64,000 nt of DNA from Rhizobium sp. Q54. Its GTDB lineage: Bacteria; Pseudomonadota; Alphaproteobacteria; UBA2966; CAIVPW01. Numbering within the stretch: position 1 is the first letter of the stretch; every line of letters begins with the position of its first letter. The stretch lies in contig CAMDCA010000005.1 of assembly GCA_945889645.1 (NCBI GenBank), forward strand, positions 7,728 through 71,727, written 5' to 3'. The notes below the pieces were generated by a model. The model saw only the letters and a list, made by a program, of their open reading frames with translations. It made no database searches and was not told the origin of the DNA. This document shows, one piece after another, positions 63,815 to 64,000 of the stretch. A program made the translations under genes and the position numbers.

Positions 63815-64000
63815 ATGAATCGCAAGTACGTTTATGCCGGAGCAGCCGCCGCGGCATTCGCCCTGCCGCTGGTGCTGATGTCCCTGCCGACCGTGGCGCA
63901 GGAAACGGCGCCGCTGGTGCGGCAGGTCCCGATGGCCGACCACATGCAGGAGATGCTGCGCAACGGCGACATGCGCGGCATGATGGAGATGCTGCAGGCC
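63815..64000 (+). CDS. Secreted Met-rich protein, 5' part (runs off window end)
   Basis: AAGGAGAG RBS; MNRKYVYAGAAAAAFALPLVLMSLPTVAQETAPLVRQVPMADHMQEMLRNGDMRGMMEMLQA; not in the ORF track. Confidence 0.65.
   Translation, partial: MNRKYVYAGAAAAAFALPLVLMSLPTVAQETAPLVRQVPMADHMQEMLRNGDMRGMMEMLQA

Overview
GC-rich alphaproteobacterial chromosome segment (Rhodospirillales-like gene order) that spans the likely replication origin. It is mostly core housekeeping: purH, a CenR-like regulator, yggS, a porin, leuS-lptE-holA, mnmE-mnmG-rsmG-parA-parB, rho, hemE-hemH-hemJ, a candidate oriC between hemE and maf, maf-aroE-coaE-dnaQ, secB, hslVU, a his cluster, nth, dapB, hrcA-grpE, dnaK-dnaJ, rph-rdgB-hemW, lpoA-like/rsmI-yraN-BON-gshB, and an OmpR/EnvZ-type two-component system. 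I saw no rRNA, tRNA, CRISPR array, prophage, transposase or defence island, and no large multi-gene novel system. The best candidates for undescribed biology are small. (1) A promoter-to-terminator structured non-coding RNA with a repeated GACCCCCAG motif downstream of gshB. (2) A two-component system facing two secreted-protein genes that share a duplicated ~70 bp upstream element. (3) An orphan promoter with a structured RNA between convergent genes at ~43.4 kb. (4) A 149 bp MITE inserted at the hslU stop codon. (5) Two parS sites inside coding sequence, one overlapping the parA start codon. (6) A 55 aa membrane protein gene behind rho that the ORF track misses. All calls are from reading the sequence by eye; start codons are best estimates.
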